In this document: in pieces, positions 28,733 to 38,211 of the stretch | Numbering within the stretch: position 1 is the stretch's first letter | Layout: each line of letters opens with the position of its first letter | NCBI GenBank assembly: GCA_905480475.1 | Contig: CAJQQO010000111.1 | Coordinates: 1-44,886 of the forward strand | Source: an uncultured Pseudomonadales bacterium | Lineage (GTDB): Bacteria > Pseudomonadota > Gammaproteobacteria > Pseudomonadales > UBA7434 | Reading direction: 5' to 3' | Length of the DNA stretch: 44,886 bases | Translations under genes and position numbers: made by a program | Notes under the pieces: generated by a model | The model's input: only the letters and a program-made list of their open reading frames with translations | Database searches by the model: none | Told to the model about the DNA's origin: nothing

Positions 28733-29893
28733 CTAACGATTTACTACTTTCGCGGCAAAATCGCGAATCTCGCTAACAAACTCTGTCGGTCGCTCCATCG
28801 CGGCAAAGTGCCCGCCCTTTTCAAAGCTGCGCCACTGAACAATATCGGTATAGACATTTTCACACCACTTACGTGGATAACGCATTACCTCTTTCGGGTA
28901 TCTAGCGACACCCACAGGCACGGTTACTTGCTGCTCCAAAAACTTAAGCCGGGTATTTTGCGTCACTTCATAATAGAGCCGCGTTGAAGAGCAAATACTT
29001 TGGGTAAACCAATAGACCGAGATATTGGTTAACAACTCATCCTTATCAAGCACGGATTCGATATCACCATCGCAATCCATCCAAGTATAAAACTTCTCGG
29101 TAATCCACGCGCACAAACCCGCTGGTGAATCATTTAAGCCTACACCCAAAGTCTGCGGTTTAGTGCCCTGAATTTTTTGATAACCGGTTTCCATGGCATC
29201 GAACTTGGCCATATCTGCAAGATCTTCCAGCTCGGCTGGAGTCAAACCCTCGTTAGGATCTTCTGTTAAGGGGTAGCCAAAGGGCATATTGACATGAATA
29301 CCATACAAATGATCGGCATCCACAACGCCGATATTAGAAGTAATAATAGCTCCCCAATCGCCACCTTGCGCAATGTATTTTGCATAACCCAAACGTGACA
29401 TTAACTCGGCAAACATTTCTGCCATGGTCAAAGTATCAATTTGCTCGCGCTTAGTGGTTCCAGAAAAACCGTAACCGGGCAAGGATGGACAAACAATATG
29501 AAACGCATCTTCAGCTTTACCACCATGCGCTTCGGGATCAATTAATGGGTCAATGATTTTTAGAAACTCGACAATCGTACCGGGCCAGCCGTGACTAATG
29601 ATCATTGGTGTGGCGTTATCGTGTTTAGAGCGAGCGTGAATAAAATGGATATCGTGACCATCAATCTCAGTAATAAATTGACTATAACGATTTAGCTCAG
29701 CTTCGTGCTTGCTCCAATCGTATTCATTGGCCCAGTACTCGCAGAGCTGTTGAATATATTCGGTTTTCGCACCATAACGCCAATCGGTTCCGGGGATTTG
29801 ATCCGGCCAACGGGTTTGTTGCAAACGCTGCTTTAGATCCTGAATATCCTGATCTGGAATATTAATAGTAAATTCACGAATGGCCTTACTCAT
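28733..29893 (-). CDS. Epoxide hydrolase (microsomal-type alpha/beta hydrolase with EHN N-terminus)
   Basis: DLKQRLQQTRWP, HGWP, PSLPGYGFS, QGGDWG nucleophile, DSPAGL, GGHFAAME. Confidence 0.92.
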   Translation of the reverse strand: MSKAIREFTINIPDQDIQDLKQRLQQTRWPDQIPGTDWRYGAKTEYIQQLCEYWANEYDWSKHEAELNRYSQFITEIDGHDIHFIHARSKHDNATPMIISHGWPGTIVEFLKIIDPLIDPEAHGGKAEDAFHIVCPSLPGYGFSGTTKREQIDTLTMAEMFAELMSRLGYAKYIAQGGDWGAIITSNIGVVDADHLYGIHVNMPFGYPLTEDPNEGLTPAELEDLADMAKFDAMETGYQKIQGTKPQTLGVGLNDSPAGLCAWITEKFYTWMDCDGDIESVLDKDELLTNISVYWFTQSICSSTRLYYEVTQNTRLKFLEQQVTVPVGVARYPKEVMRYPRKWCENVYTDIVQWRSFEKGGHFAAMERPTEFVSEIRDFAAKVVNR

Positions 29894-30034
29894 TGACTGC
29901 CTCGAAATAGATAGCGATAGTTTTAAATTAGCCGTATTGACCGGCTCTACTGAAAGGGAGCTATTCTAGGGGCTAAAACGATAGTAGAACATTAACGCTT
30001 GGATAAACGCGCGAAGCCATTGTTAGCGCAAGCA

Positions 30035-30062
30035 AGTCAGATGGGCACGAAGCCCACCGACT
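30035..30062 (-). other. Small hairpin between the sulfotransferase and epoxide hydrolase genes
   Basis: Minus strand AGTCGGTGGGC-TTCGT-GCCCATCTGACT; no U-tract. Confidence 0.35.
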
Positions 30063-30087
30063 AACCCGGATTAGCATACAAGCAGAC

Positions 30088-31308
30088 TTATACTTCTGAA
30101 GGAACGCCATAATGCTGCTGATAGCGATCAAACCAATGTCGATCCGAAACATCCGACTGATAATTATGCGCACCAAACTTGCCCTGTGGCTTGGCGGCTA
30201 AATAATCCAGCATGCCCTGCTTAGCAATATCCGATAAGGGCATATCAAAGTGTTGATAGATTTTTTCGACACAAGCAACTGGCTCATCCATTAAATCGCA
30301 ATAGCGAGAATCACAAATACTTTTCTCTGACACAACCCCCTTAGCTACCTGATCTATAACTAACTCCAGACGCTGGGCAGTTGCCTCACCGACTAAAAAC
30401 TCATCAAAGGCAGCTGCGTTAAAGGCTTTATTACTGCGCATCTTAAATAGACAGGCCATTAAGTTAGTTGCCGACCCCATACATTTGATTGGATCGCGGT
30501 GAGTTTGAATAATACGGGCATCGGGATAAATTTTTAACAACACATCAAGCTTGCTTTGATGAGCAGGCGCTTTTAACAACCAACGTTTACGTGGATTCTT
30601 CCATTGCAGTACTTGCAGCATAATTTTATGCCATTCGTAAGCCTTGGTTAAATCGGCTTGTGCGTGCCAAGCGCCATAGTTGTCAGTCATATGCAGCGAG
30701 GCAATATGGTCGCTAATAAAACTACCGGCCATAATCAAACCGCACTCGGCTGGAATATCCCCGGCCATTTCATGTACCGAAGCAAACTCCGGCACCATTC
30801 GATTCCATTGGGTAAACAATTGATGTGCACGCTCGATACGTGGATCGCTAAGGTAAGTATCAGACTGTGGCGGCGGACAAGGTAATAAAGCCTCCCACAT
30901 TTTTGGCACACCGACATCGGGATCTTGCGCCAAGACCTCAAATAAAATAGAAGTGCCAGAGCGTGGTAAGCCGACAATAAACATAGGAGCAGCAACTTCT
31001 TGCTCAAGAATCTCGGGATGCTTATTGGTTAAATCGGTAATTTGTAAACGACTATCCAACCAAAGCAAAATATCATTACGCGCCATTAAGCGACCCATCA
31101 AGGTTAGCTCGGCAATCTGATCAAGATCGGCGCATAAGGTTTTTAATGGTGCTTGCCAATAATCCTCACCAAAATCATTCAAACCGGATTTTTTGATTGC
31201 AGCGTTTACCAGCGAATCATAATCCAACGCAACAACACTAGGTAAATCAAAAACTTCGCCTTCCTGATTCGCCTGAACAACCCAATCGGGATTTTTTGGT
31301 GTACTCAT
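30088..31308 (-). CDS. PAPS-dependent sulfotransferase family protein (mycobacterial Stf-like)
   Basis: 5'-PSB loop FIVGLPRSGTS, RWLLKAPAH, 3'-PB motif THRDPIKCMGS; N-terminal GLNDFG. Confidence 0.9.
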   Translation of the reverse strand: MSTPKNPDWVVQANQEGEVFDLPSVVALDYDSLVNAAIKKSGLNDFGEDYWQAPLKTLCADLDQIAELTLMGRLMARNDILLWLDSRLQITDLTNKHPEILEQEVAAPMFIVGLPRSGTSILFEVLAQDPDVGVPKMWEALLPCPPPQSDTYLSDPRIERAHQLFTQWNRMVPEFASVHEMAGDIPAECGLIMAGSFISDHIASLHMTDNYGAWHAQADLTKAYEWHKIMLQVLQWKNPRKRWLLKAPAHQSKLDVLLKIYPDARIIQTHRDPIKCMGSATNLMACLFKMRSNKAFNAAAFDEFLVGEATAQRLELVIDQVAKGVVSEKSICDSRYCDLMDEPVACVEKIYQHFDMPLSDIAKQGMLDYLAAKPQGKFGAHNYQSDVSDRHWFDRYQQHYGVPSEV

Positions 31309-31430
31309 TTTATAACCTGTTATTTTGTAAGTCGCTAAATGTAAACGGTTCTTGAGTGAATTGCCAAGCCTATCTTAATCAATACCGTAGCCGAAGGTAT
31401 GCAAGCTAAGAATAAATTAATATTTAAGCC

Positions 31431-31470
31431 GCTTGCAGATTATAGGACGCGCGTCCTATAATCTGCAAGC
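31431..31470. promoter_or_regulatory. Perfect 40-bp palindrome; likely TetR operator overlapping symmetric divergent promoters
   Basis: GCTTGCAGATTATAGGACGC|GCGTCCTATAATCTGCAAGC is its own reverse complement and contains TTGCAG-N18-TATAAT on both strands. Confidence 0.8.
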
Positions 31471-31537
31471 TCAGCAGTTTCATAAAAATACGACAAGCAC
31501 GGCAACTACAAACGCGACTAAAATTGAGGCAATCATT

Positions 31538-32371
31538 ATGGATTTAGGACTTCAGAATAAAAATGTTATCGTCACCGGTGGCAGCGGCGGCATTGGCCGA
31601 GGCCTAGTACTGGAGTTTGCTCGCGAAGGAGCCAATGTGATTAGCGCCTCACGCGATACCAAACAAGGTGCCATCCTTCAGGAAATTGCGATTAAGGAAA
31701 ATTTGCCCGGCAAAGTGTTAGCGGTTGCAACCGACGTCACCAAGCGCGCATCGGTAGACGCGATGATTAAACGCTGCCACGAAGAATTCGGCACCGTTGA
31801 TGTGTTAGTCAATAACGCCGGTGGTGTTGCATCGCCATCACCTCTGGAGTCTTTATCCGATGAAGATAGAGATTGGGAAATCAAACTGAATATTGATGGC
31901 GTGGTTAATTGCTGTCAGGCCGTTTCCGCCGATATGTTAGAAAAACAATCCGGCAGCATCATTAATATTTCATCTAATTCATCCCTACTGGGTGAAGCCG
32001 CTGCCGGCATTGCTCACTATGGCGGCGTAAAAGGTTTTGTTAATTCATTTTCAAAAAGTCTGGCTTGGGAATGGGCCAAGTCCGGCATACGAGTAAATAA
32101 TATTTGCCCCGGCTGGATTGTTCCAGAAAAAGAAGAAGACGTAGGCGAAGGTAGTTTTTGGAATCGTTTTGGCTTTGATCAAATTGGCCGGCCCGATGAT
32201 ATGCAAAAAGCATTGGATGACGGCACGCTTTTTAATATGAGCGGCTTACCCATTCCTAAATTGGGTCGTCCTGAAGATATTGCTTACCTCAGCATGTTTT
32301 TAGCATCAGATGTTTCGGGTTATATCACCGGGCAATTAATTAGTGTCAGCGGCGGCGCTTATATGCCTTAA
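31538..32371 (+). CDS. Short-chain dehydrogenase/reductase
   Basis: TGGSGGIG, NNAG, catalytic YGGVK (YxxxK), ICPG. ATG at 31538 follows GAGG; the TTG at 31433 lies inside the palindrome. Confidence 0.93.
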   Translation: MDLGLQNKNVIVTGGSGGIGRGLVLEFAREGANVISASRDTKQGAILQEIAIKENLPGKVLAVATDVTKRASVDAMIKRCHEEFGTVDVLVNNAGGVASPSPLESLSDEDRDWEIKLNIDGVVNCCQAVSADMLEKQSGSIINISSNSSLLGEAAAGIAHYGGVKGFVNSFSKSLAWEWAKSGIRVNNICPGWIVPEKEEDVGEGSFWNRFGFDQIGRPDDMQKALDDGTLFNMSGLPIPKLGRPEDIAYLSMFLASDVSGYITGQLISVSGGAYMP

Positions 32372-32432
32372 ATAACGCTATTTTTTTATCTAAAAAAATA
32401 GCTCTCAAGTAAACAGCTAGCAAGAAAAACCT

Positions 32433-33026
32433 ATGCCCAAAATTGTCGATCATCAACAACGTCGCGCAGAAATTACTGCTATTGCTGCGCAGCTAATTGC
32501 CGACAAAGGCATTGAAGCGGCAACCTTTAGAGAGATTGCCAAAGTCAGCGGCTACTCCAAAGGCATTATTGAGCATTACTTTGAAAACAAATCCGATCTA
32601 ATTTCCGCCTCATTGGACTGGGCTAACAAGCGTTACTACCAGCGTGCAGAAAATGCGGTTAAGGGTAAATCCGGCATTGAAGCTATCGAAGCGCGACTGT
32701 CATCAACATTACCGATGGATAAATCGATTCGCATGGAGTGGAAAATACGCTTGGTGTTTTGGACCATGGCTTGTATTGATCCCGCGCTCAATGCCGAGCA
32801 ATGCAATCGCGTAGAAAAAACCACTTCACATTTTATGGCTGATTTAAAATCAGCGGTAAAACGCGGAGAAATCGCCAAGGGAAATAAACTTGAGCATATT
32901 GCCCAGCGATTAATCTTTACCATTTCCGGGCTTAGCTGCGCAGCTGTGCACAACCCCAATGAATACGATAAGCGGCGACTGAATAAAGAAATACGCCATA
33001 TCATCAACGAAATAAAACAATCTTAA
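32433..33026 (+). CDS. TetR-family transcriptional regulator (BetI-like C-terminus)
   Basis: MPKIVDHQQRR..., HTH region ATFREIAKVSGYSKGIIEHYFENKSDL. Confidence 0.93.
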   Translation: MPKIVDHQQRRAEITAIAAQLIADKGIEAATFREIAKVSGYSKGIIEHYFENKSDLISASLDWANKRYYQRAENAVKGKSGIEAIEARLSSTLPMDKSIRMEWKIRLVFWTMACIDPALNAEQCNRVEKTTSHFMADLKSAVKRGEIAKGNKLEHIAQRLIFTISGLSCAAVHNPNEYDKRRLNKEIRHIINEIKQS

Positions 33027-33049
33027 AAAGTTGAAAAAGGATTAATTCC

Positions 33050-34264
33050 ATGAGCAATCCCGATAAGCTTGAAAATGAAAACGCAGTTCTTAAAAATGCC
33101 TGGCATGATTTTTGTGATGATTTAAAAGCCAGCGGCGATTTAATCTTTAGAGATGGCATCCCTGAAAATGCGACCACTCGCGCAGCAGGTATGCGCTTAT
33201 TGGCGAGAAATATTTCTTTAGCTATGCAGTTTCAAATGGAAAATAATAATCCCGACTTCCCCGAATTGCTGCACTATTTTGATCCCTTAAGAAAACAAGG
33301 TGGTGACAATACCGATGCGCATTACAGCGGCGCACCGATCAATGGCCAACACAGTTATCGAATTTATGGCAATCGCGGCACTGCCAAATATTTTGCGATA
33401 ACCATTTTAGAAGATGGCAATACGCCTTGGGGTGGTGGCGTTGTTAACACTCGCTTAGCCAAAGATTTACATTTTGAAGCCGACGGTAGTTTTGAATTAT
33501 TGGTCGGCCCCGAAAAACCTGCCGATCTCGATGAGTCAAAAAGCAATTGGATGCAAACATCGGCTGACACTTATCGCATTACCTTTAGACAATTCTTTGC
33601 CGACTGGTTAGGCGAAAAACCGATGCAAGCCAATATTGACTGCCTAACTAATCAAAACCCTGCACCACTACTTACGCCTAACGATCTTGCCGAAGGATTA
33701 AAAAAATCCAGCCACTGGGTGAATTGGTCCAGCACTTATTGGGCCGATATGATTGATAAGTGGAAGGTGCAGCCTAATACTTTTTTATCGTACGGCGAGT
33801 TAGAAAAAAATAAAATTGATTTTACACCCGGTGGCGCGCCGATCATTGCCTACTGGCAAGTTCCCAAGGATGAAGTGCTATTACTTAGGGTTACGCCGCC
33901 CAATGCCAGTTATTGGGCGGTTGAATTTGGCAATTACTGGTGGGAAACCATGGACTATCGCAATCGTTTTAGCAGCACCAATTGCCACCATGCTGAGCTA
34001 GAAGATAATGGCGAGCTGATAGTTATTATCAGCCATCAAGACCTCGGCGCGAAAAACTGGCTCGACCCATCCGGCCATGAAGAAGGTTATATCACCTACC
34101 GCTGGATTGACTGCGATCATTATCCTAAACCCGTGCCAGAGCAAATGTCTTTGGATGATTTGCACAAAAACCATGCCGGACTAATTAGTCACGTTGACCA
34201 GCAACAGCGACAAGCCCAGCTAAATGAACGCCGCGCTGGTATTACCCAACGCTTTGGATCTTAG
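33050..34264 (+). CDS. DUF1214-like protein of unknown function
   Basis: AWHDFCDDLK, GGDNTDAHY, YRIYGNRG, DGSFEL, RQFFADW, WWETMDY, HQDLG.KNWLD..GH; pattern recalled from sulfotransferase-associated DUF1214 proteins. Confidence 0.75.
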   Translation: MSNPDKLENENAVLKNAWHDFCDDLKASGDLIFRDGIPENATTRAAGMRLLARNISLAMQFQMENNNPDFPELLHYFDPLRKQGGDNTDAHYSGAPINGQHSYRIYGNRGTAKYFAITILEDGNTPWGGGVVNTRLAKDLHFEADGSFELLVGPEKPADLDESKSNWMQTSADTYRITFRQFFADWLGEKPMQANIDCLTNQNPAPLLTPNDLAEGLKKSSHWVNWSSTYWADMIDKWKVQPNTFLSYGELEKNKIDFTPGGAPIIAYWQVPKDEVLLLRVTPPNASYWAVEFGNYWWETMDYRNRFSSTNCHHAELEDNGELIVIISHQDLGAKNWLDPSGHEEGYITYRWIDCDHYPKPVPEQMSLDDLHKNHAGLISHVDQQQRQAQLNERRAGITQRFGS

Positions 34265-34390
34265 TTCGCTAACGCTGGCTAGCCGATCAATAACAAGGTT
34301 AACAAAACGTATCTAGCAAGGCCAAATAACGATAAGCTATGATTCGCAAGCTATTTAATCGCTAATCAAAACTTTAAAAACGGGCTTATT

Positions 34391-35200
34391 ATGTCATTCG
34401 TTAAAATCAGTTACCCAAAGACCGGTATTGCATTGGTTACACTCAATCGTCCGGATCGTATGAATGCGATGGCCTTTGATGTAATGCAGCCGCTAAAAGA
34501 AGAGCTGGAAGCAATCAGCTTTAATAGCGAGATACGGGTTGTGATACTCACCGGTGAAGGTTCGACATTTTGCGCCGGAGCCGATTTGCAAGACCCCGGT
34601 TATTTATCCATTTTTGATGGCCACACGATGCCACGAATCGCCTTGCGGGCGATGCGTGTACTCGACGATGTTGTCACTACGATTCGTGAAATGACCCAAC
34701 CGGTTATCGCAGCAATTAATGGCCCGGCCGTCGGTGGTGGTTTTTGCCTGGCAATGGCAGCCGATTTACGTATTGCAGCGGACAGCGCTTTTTTTCGCGC
34801 CGCCGGCATTAACAATGGCTTAACCAGTGCAGAACTCGGTTTAAGTTATTTATTGCCACGCGCAATTGGTATTAGCCGCGCCAACGATATTATGCTGACG
34901 GGCCGTGATGTCGGTGCAGAAGAAGCTGAGCGATACGGCATTGTCTCGCGAGTCGTCAGTAATGAGGCCTTAATTGATGAGTGCACAGTCATGGCCGACA
35001 ATATTTTGCGCCATAGCCATTTAGGTGTTGAACAAACTAAGGTGATGCTAAATGCTGGTGTCGACGCCGGATCATTACACAGTCATATGCATCATGAAGG
35101 CATCACCCAACTATTTGTTAGAATGACAACCAAGAACTTTGAAGAAGCAATTAAAGCGCGCAAACAAGGACGAGCCCCAGATTTTACCGACGAAGTTTAG
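34391..35200 (+). CDS. Crotonase-superfamily (enoyl-CoA hydratase/isomerase) protein with atypical active site
   Basis: LNRPDRMNA, FCAGADL, PVIAAING.AVGGG, DLRIA, LTGR..AEEA. Confidence 0.9.
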   Translation: MSFVKISYPKTGIALVTLNRPDRMNAMAFDVMQPLKEELEAISFNSEIRVVILTGEGSTFCAGADLQDPGYLSIFDGHTMPRIALRAMRVLDDVVTTIREMTQPVIAAINGPAVGGGFCLAMAADLRIAADSAFFRAAGINNGLTSAELGLSYLLPRAIGISRANDIMLTGRDVGAEEAERYGIVSRVVSNEALIDECTVMADNILRHSHLGVEQTKVMLNAGVDAGSLHSHMHHEGITQLFVRMTTKNFEEAIKARKQGRAPDFTDEV

Positions 35201-35273
35201 CGCCAATAAAAGTCGGGGATACAAAACCGATTTAATCGGCAAAATTTAGTCGACTGGATTTAATAAACAGGAT

Positions 35274-36164
35274 TTAGTCAACAACTGGCAATTGCTCTTG
35301 TGCTAACAGCGTCATTTTAAATACTTCGTTAGCGCCGGGTATTGCCTCTACGGTTTTGCTCACAATATTTTTAAAGCTCTCTTCACCAATACGCTCAACC
35401 GAGCGCTTAATCGAAGCATCCAGCAGTTCCGGACTAGCTGATTCGGCAATCCACTGCTCGGCTAATAAACCCGAAAACGCAACACTGTATTCCAACTCGC
35501 TTAAATCGATAATCGGTTTTGCTTCTAACAAATCGTGACTGTGGCGCACCGCTTCAACATGCATTGAAGGTAAATTCCAATGCTGTAGCATTGCCGTGCC
35601 AACCTCAGCGTGATCAAGCCCAAACACTCTGCGCTCTAACTCAACCAAATCCAAATGGCTTCGAGCCGTGTTAACTAACTGGCTGTATTTTTTACCGGCG
35701 ATGCTTTCTAAAGCAATCATGCCAATATCTTGCATTAAAGCGGCAACGAATAAATCGCCTTGTTGCGTGTCTTTTAATTCGCTACGCATTTCAATCGCAG
35801 CAATCGCACCCAATACACTTTTGCGCCAAAAACCTTCGTGGTTAAATCCCGAATCATTCGATTCTCGACCACGCATGGTATCGATAATCGCAAAGCCAAC
35901 GGCAATGCTCATTGTCAACTGCACACCTAAAACCGTCAGCGCCTCATTAAGATTGGTAATCTCGCGACGGAACGGAAACATCGAGGAATTGCTAACCTGC
36001 AATAGCCGCGCGCTCAACACTGGATCGGTGGAAATTAGCTCGGCAACTTTCGCCGCATACAGGTCGGGATCATTATTTAGTTCAATAATCCGAACGGCGA
36101 TATTGGGTAACATGGGCAATTTGTCAGAGCGACAAATTTTCTCTAATAAGGCTTCTTTATTCAT
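35274..36164 (-). CDS. Stand-alone HDOD-domain protein
   Basis: LPMLP, DPVLSARLLQVSNS, FWRKS, ALMQDIG, DHAEVG..MLQHWNLP. Confidence 0.9.
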   Translation of the reverse strand: MNKEALLEKICRSDKLPMLPNIAVRIIELNNDPDLYAAKVAELISTDPVLSARLLQVSNSSMFPFRREITNLNEALTVLGVQLTMSIAVGFAIIDTMRGRESNDSGFNHEGFWRKSVLGAIAAIEMRSELKDTQQGDLFVAALMQDIGMIALESIAGKKYSQLVNTARSHLDLVELERRVFGLDHAEVGTAMLQHWNLPSMHVEAVRHSHDLLEAKPIIDLSELEYSVAFSGLLAEQWIAESASPELLDASIKRSVERIGEESFKNIVSKTVEAIPGANEVFKMTLLAQEQLPVVD

Positions 36165-36309
36165 TTCGACTACGAATGGCTCAATTGGGCTTTAAATCTC
36201 GACATCAAGTGATGTCGTAATATTTCTCTAAGCCCTATTAATTAAGTGCAGTAGAGGATCCTTGCTTAAGTAAAGACCAATGTTTAAAGCTCGTCAAAAA
36301 GGCTGTTTA

Positions 36310-38211
36310 TTATACAGTCGGATGAACGCCGAGATTGCCATCATCGGCACGGCGGCCGTTTTTTTCATTGTTTGTGCCATTAGCCTTTCCTGCGCCTGAT
36401 TCATCTGCGTTCGCGTCAGCTGTTCGCTCTTCGGGTTTGGCTAGCGCCAAAATAGTTGCGCCGTCGCCCGGCGCCATTTTACTGATGGCGGTAAACGGTT
36501 TTATTTGCCCCTTGGTATCGATAAGGAATAATGGCAAACGAGAACCCTGATACTTTGCCTGATAAGTTTCCCAGTTAAACTCTGCACTAAGCGTGGTACT
36601 TTTAACCGTCTCACCGTCAGCAACGCGCTTAACCACATCGGTATAACTAATATCCTGACCAAATAATTGCCTGCCTTGAAAGCTACCCGAGACAGAATGT
36701 TTTTCGGCTTGCTTATCACTAGCCGCCAAAGTAAATATTCGCTCGGAACCAAAATCCGCCCGGTAGTGAATCGCGGTAATGACGTTAACATAGCGTTGAT
36801 GCGACATAGCCAGCAAGCCACCAATACCACTTAAATCCAAATGGATATCCGCATGTTCGGAAACTGGATTACCATAAAAGGTTTCCAGACCCGCCATTCG
36901 GGCTTGGCGAATATTTTCCCAGTTGGAATCGGCAAGTACACAGCGAAAATCATGGTTGACTAATTCTTTGGCAACGGCCCGAGAAAACACATTGGCGCCA
37001 ACAATTAAAAAGCCTTTGGGTGGCGGCTCGGCCACACCTAAACGCACAGCGACAAAACGCGCCGTCGCACTTTGTAATACCACCGTGCCGATAATAACGA
37101 AAAAGGTCAGTGGCACTAATAAGGCCGCTTCAGGGAAACCCACCGCCACCAATTTATCAGCAAAGATAGCGGCGATTGCCGCAGCAACAATGCCACGTGG
37201 CGCTATCCATGCCAGAAGTCCGCGCTCTGGCCAGCTAATATCCAAACCAATGGTACTGACCAATATCTTTGCTGGGCGGGCAATAAACTGCAATACCAGT
37301 AGTAATAAAACCGCCTTCCAAGCAATCGATCCTAAAAGCACCAAATCGATACGGGCAGCCAAGACAATAAATAGCACTGAAATTAGCAGTACGCTTAAAT
37401 GCTCTTTGAAATTTAATATCGGGTGAATATCGACATCGGGCTTATTTGCCAGCCACATGCCCATTACCGTTACGGCTAGCAAACCCGATTCATGCTCCAG
37501 TGCATTGGCAACACTAAAACTGACCAACACCAAACTAAGCGTTGCCAAGTTTTGTAAATATTCGGGAATAAGATTATGAGATAACAAACGGCCAAGAATA
37601 AAGCCGGAGAAGACCCCGATTAAACCGCCCACCATCACAGTCTGAAAAAACAACCATAGTACTTGGCCAATAGCGGTTTGCTCGGTACTGACCAAAATAA
37701 ACTCATAAGTCATAACCGCCATTAAGGCGCCTACGGGATCAATCGCAATACCTTCCCAGCGCAAAATATTCGCCAGTTTTCGCGACGGTCTAACCGATCG
37801 CAGCATAGGTACAATCACCGTTGGCCCGGTCACAATAACCACTGCACCAAATAGCGTACTAACCTGCCAGGAGAAATCAAAAATTAAATAAGTGGCATAG
37901 GCAACAATCACCCAAGTAACCAGCGCACCAATCGTAATCATGCGCTGTACAACAGTGCTGACTTCGCGAATCTCATTGAGATTTAAAGTAAGACTGCCTT
38001 CAAACAGGATAATCGCCACCGATAGCGAAACCATTGGAATCAGCAAATCGCCAAACATGGCATCGGGATCAATCCAACCCAAAACTGGCCCGGCTAACAA
38101 ACCGGCGATCAGCAAAAACAATATCGCCGGCAATCGCACTCGCCACGCCAGCCACTGGCAGAGCATAGAGGCAAGAACAATCAATGATATTAATAGTCCA
38201 GTTTCATGCAT
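36310..38211 (-). CDS. Cation:proton antiporter (CPA1/NhaP-like) with C-terminal TrkA-N-like domain
   Basis: IILFEG, VTGPTV, LRWEG...DP, WIAPRGIVAA; many hydrophobic segments; C-terminal LIVGAN Rossmann-like region. Confidence 0.9.
   Translation of the reverse strand: MHETGLLISLIVLASMLCQWLAWRVRLPAILFLLIAGLLAGPVLGWIDPDAMFGDLLIPMVSLSVAIILFEGSLTLNLNEIREVSTVVQRMITIGALVTWVIVAYATYLIFDFSWQVSTLFGAVVIVTGPTVIVPMLRSVRPSRKLANILRWEGIAIDPVGALMAVMTYEFILVSTEQTAIGQVLWLFFQTVMVGGLIGVFSGFILGRLLSHNLIPEYLQNLATLSLVLVSFSVANALEHESGLLAVTVMGMWLANKPDVDIHPILNFKEHLSVLLISVLFIVLAARIDLVLLGSIAWKAVLLLLVLQFIARPAKILVSTIGLDISWPERGLLAWIAPRGIVAAAIAAIFADKLVAVGFPEAALLVPLTFFVIIGTVVLQSATARFVAVRLGVAEPPPKGFLIVGANVFSRAVAKELVNHDFRCVLADSNWENIRQARMAGLETFYGNPVSEHADIHLDLSGIGGLLAMSHQRYVNVITAIHYRADFGSERIFTLAASDKQAEKHSVSGSFQGRQLFGQDISYTDVVKRVADGETVKSTTLSAEFNWETYQAKYQGSRLPLFLIDTKGQIKPFTAISKMAPGDGATILALAKPEERTADANADESGAGKANGTNNEKNGRRADDGNLGVHPTV

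Noticed and set aside
31433-31537. 35-aa N-terminal extension of the SDR in the ORF track
   Set aside because: It starts at a TTG inside the palindrome; the ATG at 31538 has an RBS and gives a typical SDR start.
32377-32402. Inverted repeat GCTATTTTTTTA-TC-TAAAAAAATAGC between the SDR and tetR
   Set aside because: Mostly homopolymer with a 2-nt loop and unlike the 40-bp palindrome core; no function can be supported.
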